Shown: piece after piece, positions 16,248 to 25,299 of the stretch
Numbering within the stretch: the stretch's first letter is position 1
Layout of the letters: each line of letters opens with the position of its first letter
Origin: an uncultured Gammaproteobacteria bacterium
Lineage (GTDB): Bacteria; Cyanobacteriota; Vampirovibrionia; Gastranaerophilales; CAZEDP01
Length of the DNA stretch: 64,000 nt
Direction: 5' to 3'
Assembly (NCBI GenBank): GCA_964643065.1
Contig: CAZXPD010000004.1
Span: 5,098 to 69,097, forward strand
Made by a program: the position numbers and the translations under genes
The notes under the pieces: generated by a model
Told to the model about the DNA's origin: nothing
Seen by the model: the letters and a program-made list of their open reading frames with translations, nothing else
The model's database searches: none

Positions 16248-17884
16248 CTGGGTTCTTCCTTAATAAAAATATTCGGATCAACAGAACCTAACTGTTCAAA
16301 CGCCCATTTAAGAACTTCAATCCATTTTATTCTCGGGGCAATTTCAGGACTTTGAGCGAATTTATACAATATTTCAAGACTTTCAGCCATTCTTGACTTC
16401 CTTTCGAAAATAGCCGAGCCGTCCCCGATTGTATAATCATAGTTACCCTGTCTGACTGTTTCATCAATCAGGATAAAGTCAAGTTCACCGTTTTGTTTTC
16501 TGATTTTTATTTCTTTTATGTCATAGCTGAAGTTTGCAAGTAATTCAGCAATTTTTTCTATTATGGGAACCTTAACCTTAAAGTTCAAAACATCGACTTC
16601 CTTAGAAATTCTGACATTTTGTCCGAGCATTATACCGCTAGCTTCTGTTGCAGTTCTTTGTTTCGTTCCTGCCGGATTTCCGCTCATGTATTTAGATATA
16701 CCGGTGGCGGATTCTATTTTACTTTCAAAAAACTTCAAGAAATCCCAGCCTACGAGCGCATCTTTAAATTCCAGCGCAATCGGTTCTTTTGGCATCAAGA
16801 CGGGATCATATTCAATAATAGAACCCTCTTTTATTTTAATATTACCTGTCAGAGAGCCTTTAGGAGCAAGGTAAGGCTTATTTATAATCAGCTTCAAGGC
16901 ATCCAACTGGAGATTCATTATGGAAGATGACATTTTATTCAACGGCAACGCAACTAAGAGCGGGCTAATTCCTCTTTTTGTTTCGGGGTCTTCAAGAAAT
17001 GCCGCAAATACAAACGGGTTTAAGATAAACGGATTAGGCTCAAATCTAATTATTTTTTTTCTTCCGGCAAGAGTAACCACATAATTTTTTAACAAATTGC
17101 CGTTTTCGAGCTTAATATCACCCCAATATTCGAGAATTTCTATCTGGTCTCCTTTCGTTGCTTTATTTTCTTCGGAAATCTCTTTTTTCTCTTCCGTTAA
17201 TTCCTTCAATTCCTCATAGTTTTGATAAAGCTTATTTGATTTAATCTCATCAAACGTAGAAAACGAACGATAGATTTTTGGGCAGGTCTCAAAATTCTCT
17301 TTTTTATCAGGATCAAAAACAAAAGCTTCAGGAGATACAATTGTAAGAGAAGGGCCATCGTATACAATTTCATCCTTGAGAGCAAATTCTTTTTCAGCAG
17401 CGTTATTTTCATTTTGTTTAATCCTTCTTACTTTTTTAACTTTAGTTTCCCAATTTATGAAAGCAATAAATTCCCCTTTGTTAATCCAGTTATCCAACCC
17501 TTTTTCAAGTTTTGAAATAAAATTTATTTCTCGAAATACGTCAACCAGGGCGGCTTTTTGTCTTTCAGCTCTGAAGTGGTCTTCTCTTGCTTTTCCCTGA
17601 ACATCGAACATATTGTCGAGAGAAGAATACCAGCTTTTCCACAGATGAGCTTTGTATGTTTCTTTTATTTCATAAATTTCGGGCATTTTTATATCATTCT
17701 GAATGGATGTATTTTTAGAGGGATAAATAACCTTTTCTATAGCCTGATTTGCTTCCAGATTAGGTCTTCTCAGCTCATCCCACAAGTCACGGCTTTTTGC
17801 AATTTTTTCGACTAAAGAATTTTGATTTTCTTCGGAAAGTTGTACGGTTTTATTTTCGTACTCATACTCAAATTTATAAGGCAT
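16211..17884 (-). CDS. Portal-like protein
   Basis: 557 aa counted from ATG 17884, which has AAGGAG 6 nt upstream (the track start is 17917). Same orientation as the terminase and capsid genes. The call rests on size and position. Confidence 0.55.
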   Translation of the reverse strand: MPYKFEYEYENKTVQLSEENQNSLVEKIAKSRDLWDELRRPNLEANQAIEKVIYPSKNTSIQNDIKMPEIYEIKETYKAHLWKSWYSSLDNMFDVQGKAREDHFRAERQKAALVDVFREINFISKLEKGLDNWINKGEFIAFINWETKVKKVRRIKQNENNAAEKEFALKDEIVYDGPSLTIVSPEAFVFDPDKKENFETCPKIYRSFSTFDEIKSNKLYQNYEELKELTEEKKEISEENKATKGDQIEILEYWGDIKLENGNLLKNYVVTLAGRKKIIRFEPNPFILNPFVFAAFLEDPETKRGISPLLVALPLNKMSSSIMNLQLDALKLIINKPYLAPKGSLTGNIKIKEGSIIEYDPVLMPKEPIALEFKDALVGWDFLKFFESKIESATGISKYMSGNPAGTKQRTATEASGIMLGQNVRISKEVDVLNFKVKVPIIEKIAELLANFSYDIKEIKIRKQNGELDFILIDETVRQGNYDYTIGDGSAIFERKSRMAESLEILYKFAQSPEIAPRIKWIEVLKWAFEQLGSVDPNIFIKEEPSQLNAFPSNEPI

Positions 17885-17988
17885 TACAGTCTCCTTATGT
17901 AAACTTTTTATTAACAATTGAAATAAATTAGCAATTTTATATTTTTACGGATTTTAATTATTTAGAATTAAAAATTCGAGGAAAAATT

Positions 17989-18360
17989 ATGAACAGCATA
18001 ACATTTTCATTAATAGGAAAAAGCGCATATATAAACAAAAATCAAACTAATACAAAAACTTTGTCCTATTTATATTCAAAGCAAATTAATGACAAAATCT
18101 CCTTTGGCGATGATGTGGATGTTTATGATTTAGACACATCACTAGAAGGGCAACTACAACGTTTTCTTAAAATTAATCCTGATAAAGACAGTTTGCCGGT
18201 TGTAAAATTAAAGACATACAGAACTTTTAATTTACCAATGGGAGATTTAATCGAAGAATTATTAAGAGATAAAAAATCAGTTAAAGAAATAGAAGATTTT
18301 TTAAGGAAGCTGAATGAAATAGAAGAACAAATAGGCGGACCCGATTGTGATGATGACTAA
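17989..18360 (+). CDS. Hypothetical protein
   Basis: 123-aa ORF with GAGGAAAAA upstream. Confidence 0.45.
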   Translation: MNSITFSLIGKSAYINKNQTNTKTLSYLYSKQINDKISFGDDVDVYDLDTSLEGQLQRFLKINPDKDSLPVVKLKTYRTFNLPMGDLIEELLRDKKSVKEIEDFLRKLNEIEEQIGGPDCDDD

Positions 18361-18439
18361 CTTTTCTTTCAAATTATTTTAAAATTCCATAGAACCTAAT
18401 CTCTGCTATAATCATCCTAATCACAAACGGCTTTAAGTC

Positions 18440-18658
18440 ATGAAAACCCAAATCCTTATCCTCATAATTTTAGGCTTTATTTTTGCGGTAATTATCTCTT
18501 TTACCCATGTTCAACTGCATTTCGCCGTAAAAAAATCCATTTCAAACAAGCCCAAGCCAATTGATAAGAATTCCGAAATCGAAGATTTGAGACAAGAAAT
18601 ACAATCTCTTAAGTCACGCATTGAAAAACTTGAAAACGAGGGTACAGAAAAATTCTGA
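18440..18658 (+). CDS. Small membrane-anchored coiled-coil protein
   Basis: N-terminal TM segment ILILIILGFIFAVIISF followed by the helical EIEDLRQEIQSLKSRIEKLENE. Confidence 0.45.
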   Translation: MKTQILILIILGFIFAVIISFTHVQLHFAVKKSISNKPKPIDKNSEIEDLRQEIQSLKSRIEKLENEGTEKF

Positions 18659-18731
18659 TTTTTCTGCATCTTCAACACTAATCCTTAAAAAGCCAAGCAC
18701 AGCTTTCTATATAAATATTTTGCGGAATTTT

Positions 18732-19055
18732 TTAATTAACGACATCCAAAAGTATTTTATAAGCTCTTATCACGCTTTTGGTTTCTGCATTCTTTAATGT
18801 TTCACAGATTTCGTCAATGAGAGCATTTTTATTTTTTAAATGACCAAATGCAAAAAATTCCTTAATTTCAATTTTCAAAGCTCTTGCTGTTTTTTCCAGT
18901 GTATTAATGGACGGATAGCTTGAACCAACCTCTATTCTGCTCAGGTGCTTATAATCAATGCCGATCATTTCTGCCAACTGAGTTTGTGTTAATTTTCTGT
19001 TTTTTCTGAGTTCTTTAATTCTTAAGCCCAGATTTTTTTTGATACTATTTTCCAT
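18732..19055 (-). CDS. XRE-family HTH regulator
   Basis: LTQTQLAEMIGIDYKHLSRIEVG is a typical HTH_3 sequence. Paralog of 19259..19579. Confidence 0.85.
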   Translation of the reverse strand: MENSIKKNLGLRIKELRKNRKLTQTQLAEMIGIDYKHLSRIEVGSSYPSINTLEKTARALKIEIKEFFAFGHLKNKNALIDEICETLKNAETKSVIRAYKILLDVVN

Positions 19056-19258
19056 ACGCCCTATTTTTATAATTTTTCTCTATACACTATAATTAACCGA
19101 TAAATTTTTTTATAAAACCACAATAAATAAATATTTTTTTTAATAAAGTGATTTCTTATGATGACAACAAACACAGCTGCTTTTACATAGATATAAACCT
19201 TTTCAAAGTTTACTGAACTCAAATCCCTTATTTTACGCAGGTATTACAGGCAAAAGTT

Positions 19259-19579
19259 CTATTTAAGAACGTTTTGCAGTACATTATAAGCCTTAACTAC
19301 ATTTTTGTATTCGGCATTGTGCAATATCTCAGATATTTCCTGTATCAAATCATTTTTAGATCTGGAAAATCCGAAAGAAAACAATTCGCTGGCTTCAACA
19401 TCAAGATAATGAGCTATTTTTTGCAAGGTATTAATGGACGGATAGCTTGAGCCGACCTCTATTCTGCTCAAATGCTTATAATCTATTCCCACCTTCTCGG
19501 CTAAATTTGTTTGAGTTAATTTCTTGGCTTTTCTGAGTTCTTTGATTCTTTGTCCGAGTTTTTTTCCGATATTTTGCAT
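19259..19579 (-). CDS. XRE-family HTH regulator
   Basis: LTQTNLAEKVGIDYKHLSRIEVG. I prefer ATG 19579 over the track TTG start at 19591. Confidence 0.85.
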   Translation of the reverse strand: MQNIGKKLGQRIKELRKAKKLTQTNLAEKVGIDYKHLSRIEVGSSYPSINTLQKIAHYLDVEASELFSFGFSRSKNDLIQEISEILHNAEYKNVVKAYNVLQNVLK

Positions 19580-19799
19580 TTCGCTAATCAATAAATAATT
19601 ACTACATCATAATCATTAACTATTTATTCAAATTTCAGAACTTTATTAAATAAATAATATGACTTTTAAAAGTGACAAATTGTGTAGAAATTTATCCCGC
19701 CAAGCCCGGAATGAATTTTTGGAATTATACTCACTGTTTATGTTTTAAAAAAAAGAACAAACAATTTTTGATTCATAATTGTAAATAGTTTTTAATATT

Positions 19800-19817
19800 T
19801 TGACTAACAACTGTCAA
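19800..19817. promoter_or_regulatory. Palindrome TTGAC-N8-GTCAA in a divergent intergenic region (possible operator overlapping a -35 box)
   Basis: The sequence ttgactaacaactgtcaa lies between 19259..19579 (minus) and 19873..20229 (plus). A tataat-like box sits about 20 nt downstream. Confidence 0.25.
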
Positions 19818-19872
19818 TTTTTATTTTCACGGCTTTTATAATTATCATTAAATATATAAGGAATAAACTATA

Positions 19873-20229
19873 ATGAAAATCAACGCAACCTCAACTCCCA
19901 ATTTCAAGAGCATCTTCAGAGTTCCCGCTCAGGCGATCAAAGGTGTTAAACTCGATACATTAGGCTACAACAGACCTCAAGTTGTTGAGCCAGATTCTCA
20001 ACACGCTTACTTTGCCTGCAAAAATGAAGATGATGAGAAAGTCAGAGCGGAAGTTTTAGAAAAAACAGGTTTGTCAGAAGATCAAATCGAATCAAGAAAA
20101 CTCGACAGCAACTTAAATGCTCCCGATTGTCCCATAAGTCCGGAAATGCTGCATTGGAGCAATATGGCATATATTTGGATTTGTTCTGAAGGATCAGAAC
20201 AAATAACCATAGATCATTACAGAGGCTAA
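19873..20229 (+). CDS. Hypothetical protein
   Basis: 118-aa ORF with AAGGAATAA upstream. It ends 1 nt before the convergent terminase stop. Confidence 0.45.
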   Translation: MKINATSTPNFKSIFRVPAQAIKGVKLDTLGYNRPQVVEPDSQHAYFACKNEDDEKVRAEVLEKTGLSEDQIESRKLDSNLNAPDCPISPEMLHWSNMAYIWICSEGSEQITIDHYRG

Positions 20230-21510
20230 CTATTCCAACCGCACCGGCCAGTAAAAATCCACAAGATAGCTGGCTGCATCAAACGGATGCCCCATAAACT
20301 TCAACTGCCTGTCCTGTTTTATCTGATAATGCGAAGGCAACGCCAGCCTTGAAGTGCCTTCCTGATATTTAAGGTTTTGCAGATTATATATGAGATTTTT
20401 GCATTTAGGCGAAATATAAACATTAACTTCATTTTTGCTGTTCAATATCTTTGCGTTAAAAGCCGCAATTCTGTTTTTTATTGGCGGATTGAAAGATTTT
20501 ATTTTTATATCCGTATTTTTATAGCCGAGTTGTCCCAGCCTGTTTTTCATAACGGCATAATTTGTAAATTCCGAATTTGACGAACGGTTGTCGCCGGAAG
20601 CATCCCCGTTTATTATAATAGGACCTTTATGCCCTGCATATCTTGAGTGGAATTCATCAACCGCATCTCTTGTTGTTGCATTTTCCATTACGATTTCGTC
20701 GAAATAATATACTTTTTCCTCGGTTTTGTGAGCTAAAATCCAGCACATCGGATCCACGTTAAAATCGCATGTAATATGGAGCGGCAGCTCTTTAATATAG
20801 TTTATATGATTTATATTCTTATCGGAGAACCCTTTTACGGCAAGCCCTTTGGTATAATCGCCAAATTCTCCGAGTACATTAATACGGTAATACTCGCTGT
20901 CATAGGCTTTTTTGAGATTTTCCGCAAAATCTTCCGGGAGATAAATATTTTGAGTTGTAGGAGCTATTATAAGCCGATAATTAGGCTTCGGATTTTCGAC
21001 AAAAGTCCTGTATATCCAGCCCTTTGTGCTTTCGGGGTTAGTATGCCCGAATAACCTGTATTGTGGTATTCCTGACTGTCTTAACCTTCCGAGAAGCATT
21101 TTAAAAGTTGCTTCAGAAACATCAGACATTTCTTCGATTTCTACAAAACCGAGATTTAAAGATTTCAGTCGTGTTTCGTCGTCAAACGACCTGAAAAGTA
21201 TTGATGAACCGTTGCAAAATTCAATCTTGGCTTCACTTTTGATATAGTTATAGTCTACGCCTTCTTTCTTCCCGTCATTTTCGAGATGTTCCAGATACAT
21301 AACAAGAGTGGTATCTCTAACGAGAGGAAAGGTTTGAGCGCCGACAAGACCTCTTATGCCGGGATATTTACGGCACAGCTTTAGTCCCAAAAACGCTCCG
21401 GCAAAAGTTTTTCCCGAGCCGAAACCGCCCTGATAAACGGCAACATCGAGTTTATAGTTATGGGGAATATTTTTTAATTCTTCCTGAGAAGGAAGCAAAT
21501 TAGGTTTCAT
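20230..21510 (-). CDS. terL: Terminase large subunit
   Basis: Walker A QGGFGSGKTF and Walker B-like GFVEIEEMSD. The C-terminal nuclease-type acidic motifs are ITCDFNVDP and IINGDASGD. Confidence 0.85.
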   Translation of the reverse strand: MKPNLLPSQEELKNIPHNYKLDVAVYQGGFGSGKTFAGAFLGLKLCRKYPGIRGLVGAQTFPLVRDTTLVMYLEHLENDGKKEGVDYNYIKSEAKIEFCNGSSILFRSFDDETRLKSLNLGFVEIEEMSDVSEATFKMLLGRLRQSGIPQYRLFGHTNPESTKGWIYRTFVENPKPNYRLIIAPTTQNIYLPEDFAENLKKAYDSEYYRINVLGEFGDYTKGLAVKGFSDKNINHINYIKELPLHITCDFNVDPMCWILAHKTEEKVYYFDEIVMENATTRDAVDEFHSRYAGHKGPIIINGDASGDNRSSNSEFTNYAVMKNRLGQLGYKNTDIKIKSFNPPIKNRIAAFNAKILNSKNEVNVYISPKCKNLIYNLQNLKYQEGTSRLALPSHYQIKQDRQLKFMGHPFDAASYLVDFYWPVRLE

Positions 21511-21550
21511 AATTCATATTTGTTAAAGTTAATTATTAAAGTATTTTTTG

Positions 21551-21784
21551 TCAGATCCGGCTGTCATCGATTTCTTCGGCAAAAGTAAAACTTCTCCTGC
21601 GTGCAGGCATTTTTTTTGCGTACACAAATTTTGATTTTACTTCGCACGCCTTAATATAGAGCTCAGCCAATTTCAGATAAGATTTTGATTTATCTTTATC
21701 TTCAATAGCATTAATTTGGGCCATCAGCTCATTAAGAATTAAATCTATTTTATTTTTTCCTTTTGTATTTTTATCCATTTCCAT
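21551..21784 (-). CDS. Hypothetical small protein upstream of terL (a small-terminase role is not supported)
   Basis: 77-aa helical ORF; position only. Confidence 0.35.
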   Translation of the reverse strand: MEMDKNTKGKNKIDLILNELMAQINAIEDKDKSKSYLKLAELYIKACEVKSKFVYAKKMPARRRSFTFAEEIDDSRI

Positions 21785-21824
21785 AACCTCAGATGCAAGG
21801 TAAATTCAGTTATTTCTTCATAAT

Positions 21825-21881
21825 AAAAAAACGGGACCGTTTGGGGAGGGAAGGAGGAGTGGGCAAGCAAAACGGTCCCGT
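21825..21881 (-). terminator. Long hairpin with a purine-rich loop followed by a T-run (minus strand)
   Basis: 11-bp stem (acgggaccgtt 21831..21841 with aacggtcccgt 21871..21881) and a 29-nt G/A-rich loop. The minus strand then reads TTTTTTT. Confidence 0.5.
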
Positions 21882-21914
21882 ATAAGAGAAGGCAAGTTAG
21901 TGGTTTGTTTTGAT

Positions 21915-22316
21915 TTATATTTTTTGTCTTTTGGTTAAGTCATCAAATAAATCTGTTTCTATTTTTCCAAGTTTTACGCAGGACAAATTCTGATAACATT
22001 TTTTCTTTATTCCGTATTCGTTATATTCAAGATAAAAATCCGAATATACTTTATTTGAAAGGTTCAGCTTTTTAGGTTTCCAAATGACAGACATAGAATT
22101 TAGGAATTTTTCAATATTTTTTGTTTTTAGCCTAACGGGTTCGAGAATATTCCCCCAAATATCAATTCTGAGGATTTGAAGGACAGGATTATTACAGATT
22201 GCGCAATTATTCAGATAAAATACATACTCGTCTTTAATACCTGCTTTAGTTGGTACTATTTTATAAATTTCACTTTTTTGTAAAGCCCCGTGGCATAATA
22301 TTCTGACCATTCCCAA
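21915..22316 (-). CDS. Hypothetical Cys-containing protein
   Basis: 133-aa ORF with CHG...CAICNN, a possible zinc site. Confidence 0.4.
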   Translation of the reverse strand: MGMVRILCHGALQKSEIYKIVPTKAGIKDEYVFYLNNCAICNNPVLQILRIDIWGNILEPVRLKTKNIEKFLNSMSVIWKPKKLNLSNKVYSDFYLEYNEYGIKKKCYQNLSCVKLGKIETDLFDDLTKRQKI

Positions 22317-22360
22317 CTCCTGAAAAAGCTATGATTTAATATTGATAAATAATTTTAAAG

Positions 22361-22405
22361 TTATCCTGAGCCGTATACCGTCATCCTGAGCGAAGCGAAG
22401 GATCT
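22361..22405. repeat. Small hairpin repeat of the gtcatcctgagcgaagcgaaggatc type
   Basis: tatcctgagc and catcctgagc form a direct duplication, and atcct/aggat forms a stem. The antisense translation gives the LRFAQDD peptide, which I recall as a common artefact of this repeat family. Confidence 0.45.
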
Positions 22406-22705
22406 CAAAATCATTGACTTTGAAATGTTTCGTGGAATTTGCACTGAGTAAAGCAAATGTATTCAACATGACGAAAGTAATAATGCGTTTAATACAGTTT
22501 AATAATTGCAACTTTGCGGTTTCAAATACAATTCCCTTCAGTCTCTCTTAGGCGACCTTCCGATTGTTTAGGGGACGATAAGAGCTTTATATTTATATAA
22601 ACTATTATAGCACTGCTTTATGCGTCCGTCCGGCCACAAATTGTAGCCAAACGGCCCCAATTTATTTTAAATACAATTTCAAAGTGACAGAAAAATCGAA
22701 TGCCG

Positions 22706-23821
22706 TTATTGTTCATCTTGAATAAAAGATTTTGTAAGAATTTCCAGATCTCTTGAAGACGGTTTTTCAGGTGCAGTTTTAATTGATTGATTTTGATTAT
22801 TAATATCTCCCTTTCGTTCAATATCAAATCTTACTTCGTTATAGTCATACATTATATCAGCAGGGTTGGAACTGTGTTTCCAAATCCCGAGTGCATGCCC
22901 GATTTCATGAGCCAAAATATATTCAAGATGTTCGTTATTCAAATATCTGCCGGAATAAATAAACACTTTGGGGTTAGGATAATTAATTTTATCCTTATAA
23001 ACCGTCACAAAATATCTGTCCTTTAAATCAATAATAATATCACCGGTGCCATAATTTTCGGATAATTCAATGTTATAATACGGCTTCCAAAAATTAACTG
23101 CTTTTATTGCGCTTTCACTAAAATACAAGTCCTTTGAAGGAGTAATAAATATCCTAACGGGATTATTTTTCCATGCGAACTTTGATTGGGAAATATTTTG
23201 AACTGATTTTGATATTTGATTAATTGATTTTTGATTTGTAGTTTTAAAACCATTTTTTTTCGGAAGATAAATAGCATCAGAGCCGGACTTATCAGATAAA
23301 CTTATTCCTGTTGTGTTTAAAGGCACTTTTTGAAACAGATTGCTAAGACGCTCCTTAGTTTGCTCCGTTGAAGGCTTCCCATAAATTTGTGTTTCAAGTC
23401 TTGTTAATCTTTTTTCATTTGTCTCCGTCGGATAATCAGTATTAAAGTACTTTTTTTCAAGCAAAGAAAGCATTATTTCATTTTTGTCGTCGCATTTTTT
23501 CTCATTTTTTAAGTTTAGTGTTTTTTTAATTTCATCAAGTCTTGTTAGAACTGATTCGTTGGTTTTGCGTCCGTATATTGTTACTTCAAGCCTGTCAATC
23601 CTTGTTATAATATTATCAAGGCTATATTCTTTGCTGTAAACCTGTTTTTCAAGATATGAAACTGTTGTATAGATTGATTCCGCAACTTGTTCAGGCTGCT
23701 TATATAAATCTTTACCCTGACAGATGCCAATGTAAGCAGCTGCAATAATCAGAGAAAACACTAAATAATTCGTTTTAGAATATTTATTGACCGAATTTTT
23801 CAAAAGAAACAATTTCTTCAA
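22706..23821 (-). CDS. Secreted zinc metalloprotease (metzincin/matrixin-like)
   Basis: Signal-like N-terminus and a C-terminal HEIGHALGIWKH motif (HExxHxxG plus a downstream His). Two N-terminal repeats of the form RL(D/T)RLE..IYG(R/K). Confidence 0.7.
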   Translation of the reverse strand: MKKLFLLKNSVNKYSKTNYLVFSLIIAAAYIGICQGKDLYKQPEQVAESIYTTVSYLEKQVYSKEYSLDNIITRIDRLEVTIYGRKTNESVLTRLDEIKKTLNLKNEKKCDDKNEIMLSLLEKKYFNTDYPTETNEKRLTRLETQIYGKPSTEQTKERLSNLFQKVPLNTTGISLSDKSGSDAIYLPKKNGFKTTNQKSINQISKSVQNISQSKFAWKNNPVRIFITPSKDLYFSESAIKAVNFWKPYYNIELSENYGTGDIIIDLKDRYFVTVYKDKINYPNPKVFIYSGRYLNNEHLEYILAHEIGHALGIWKHSSNPADIMYDYNEVRFDIERKGDINNQNQSIKTAPEKPSSRDLEILTKSFIQDEQ

Positions 23822-24422
23822 AAGACTTCCTTGCCTTCGGCATTTTTTGCAAATTTTCTGACGGGTATCCGATAGTTAACAAACTGACTATAATATGATT
23901 TTCGGGAATATTCAGCTTACTGCGGACTTCTGCATATATATCGGGAAGAACGCCTGTCAATTCATTACCTATTGCCCCGATAACACAGCACCCCAAACCC
24001 TCGTCGTGAGCCGCCAATGTCATATATGAGGCTGCATAAGTCACTTCTTCAAGTGTTCTGGAAATAACTGCATTTTGACTGACAAGTTTAGGATTTCCCG
24101 CAATTAGAGCCCTTTCCTTTTCCGGCGGTAAATTTCTTGATTTTACAATATTAGTGTAATTCTCAACTTCCCATGCGCTAAGGTTTCCGAGACATACAAT
24201 AACAACCGGTGCCTGCAAAACATGCGGCTGTCCTTTTGCGAGTTTTGACAGAAGTTCCTTTGAATTTCGGTCTCTAATTAAGATAAAGTGCCATGGCTGA
24301 ACATTAACCCATGATGGAGCCAGTCTGCCTGCTTCGAGTACTCTGTTAATTTTTTCTTCAGACGGTACTTCGGATGAGAAGCTTCTGACACTGAATCTTT
24401 CTTTAATTAAATCCAGAATCAC
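23784..24422 (-). CDS. Nitroreductase-family oxidoreductase
   Basis: ERFSVRSF...LEAGRLAPSWVNVQPWHF is typical of the nitroreductase family. Confidence 0.75.
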   Translation of the reverse strand: MILDLIKERFSVRSFSSEVPSEEKINRVLEAGRLAPSWVNVQPWHFILIRDRNSKELLSKLAKGQPHVLQAPVVIVCLGNLSAWEVENYTNIVKSRNLPPEKERALIAGNPKLVSQNAVISRTLEEVTYAASYMTLAAHDEGLGCCVIGAIGNELTGVLPDIYAEVRSKLNIPENHIIVSLLTIGYPSENLQKMPKARKSFEEIVSFEKFGQ

Positions 24423-24424
24423 TT

Positions 24425-25192
24425 TTATTTAATCTCCTCTTGGTCAGGTTCCTTGAGTTGTGCCTTATAAGTAAAACCTATTTCTTGAAGTACTTGGTAA
24501 GATTCGAATCCTAATTTTGTTGTAGGTTGTGATCTTACAATATCAACCAATTTTTTAACGGCTTCTTTCGGTTTGTTATCTTCAATATAAAGGAGAGCCA
24601 ATTGATAACCCGCTTTATCTCTTAGGATTGCATATTTAAGAGCAAGATCTCTTTCTAAGTCTGCTTGTGTTTGAGCTGTATCAATGTCTTTTAGTACTTT
24701 GTACAGCCCTGTATGAAATTCCGTTGCATCATTCAGCCAGGTATAAGTCGGCTCTATCGTTGCTTTAGCATCATCCAGCTTGTTTTTCCTGATTAAATCA
24801 TATGTTTTATTTATCATAGCTTCAGAATAAACGAGGCTTAATTGATTTTTAGGATCCAGAATTGGCATAATCTTTTGTTTTGGAGGTTCTGTTTTAACTG
24901 TTTCAGTCTTTGCAGCATTTTGAACAGTTTGGGGTTTAACGGTTTCAGTTTTTACAACAGGCTGGACGGATTGCACCACAGGTTGTTTTACCGCCTCTGT
25001 TTTTGGGTTTTGAGTTGTTTTGGTAACAACCGCAGGGGGAGTTGTTTGTTTAGGTTCCTGCTTCACTTGTTTGAACGGAGAGCTTATTACTTTTGGTGCA
25101 GGTTGTTGAGCAGTCTGCTGAGCCTGTACACTGACTGCGCATGTTAAAAATAAAGAAAACGCGAGCATTGCGATAATTTGTTGTTTATTCAA
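24425..25192 (-). CDS. Secreted protein with a low-complexity Q/T/V/K/P repeat region and a helical C-terminal domain
   Basis: Signal peptide MNKQQIIAMLAFSLFLTCAVSVQA and VKTE(T/P)VKP-type repeats. Confidence 0.6.
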   Translation of the reverse strand: MNKQQIIAMLAFSLFLTCAVSVQAQQTAQQPAPKVISSPFKQVKQEPKQTTPPAVVTKTTQNPKTEAVKQPVVQSVQPVVKTETVKPQTVQNAAKTETVKTEPPKQKIMPILDPKNQLSLVYSEAMINKTYDLIRKNKLDDAKATIEPTYTWLNDATEFHTGLYKVLKDIDTAQTQADLERDLALKYAILRDKAGYQLALLYIEDNKPKEAVKKLVDIVRSQPTTKLGFESYQVLQEIGFTYKAQLKEPDQEEIK

Positions 25193-25299
25193 TGTTGGAA
25201 CTCCTTATAAACTGCCTTTAACTTTGATATAGATTATATCAAAAATAAACTTTTTAATTCACGCAAGAGTATTTGTTCGATACAAACATTGTTGCAGTA

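Larger units (their letters stand above)
1..22320. mobile_element. Phage-derived head-morphogenesis gene cluster (terminase, portal, scaffold, capsid, adaptor-like) carrying toxin/immunity arrays; probably continues past the left window edge
   Basis: Co-oriented minus-strand genes with TerL Walker A, portal-sized ORF and an acidic scaffold-like ORF directly upstream of an HK97-like capsid ORF. No tail, lysis, integrase or replication genes are seen in the window. The right boundary is placed where housekeeping genes start, near a small repeat at 22361-22405. Confidence 0.6.

Noticed and set aside
22329-22511. 60-aa ORF on the minus strand
   Set aside because: It contains the EILRFAQDDG peptide, which is the translation of the small gtcatcctgagcgaagcgaaggatc hairpin repeat. 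It is most likely a repeat-derived artefact.
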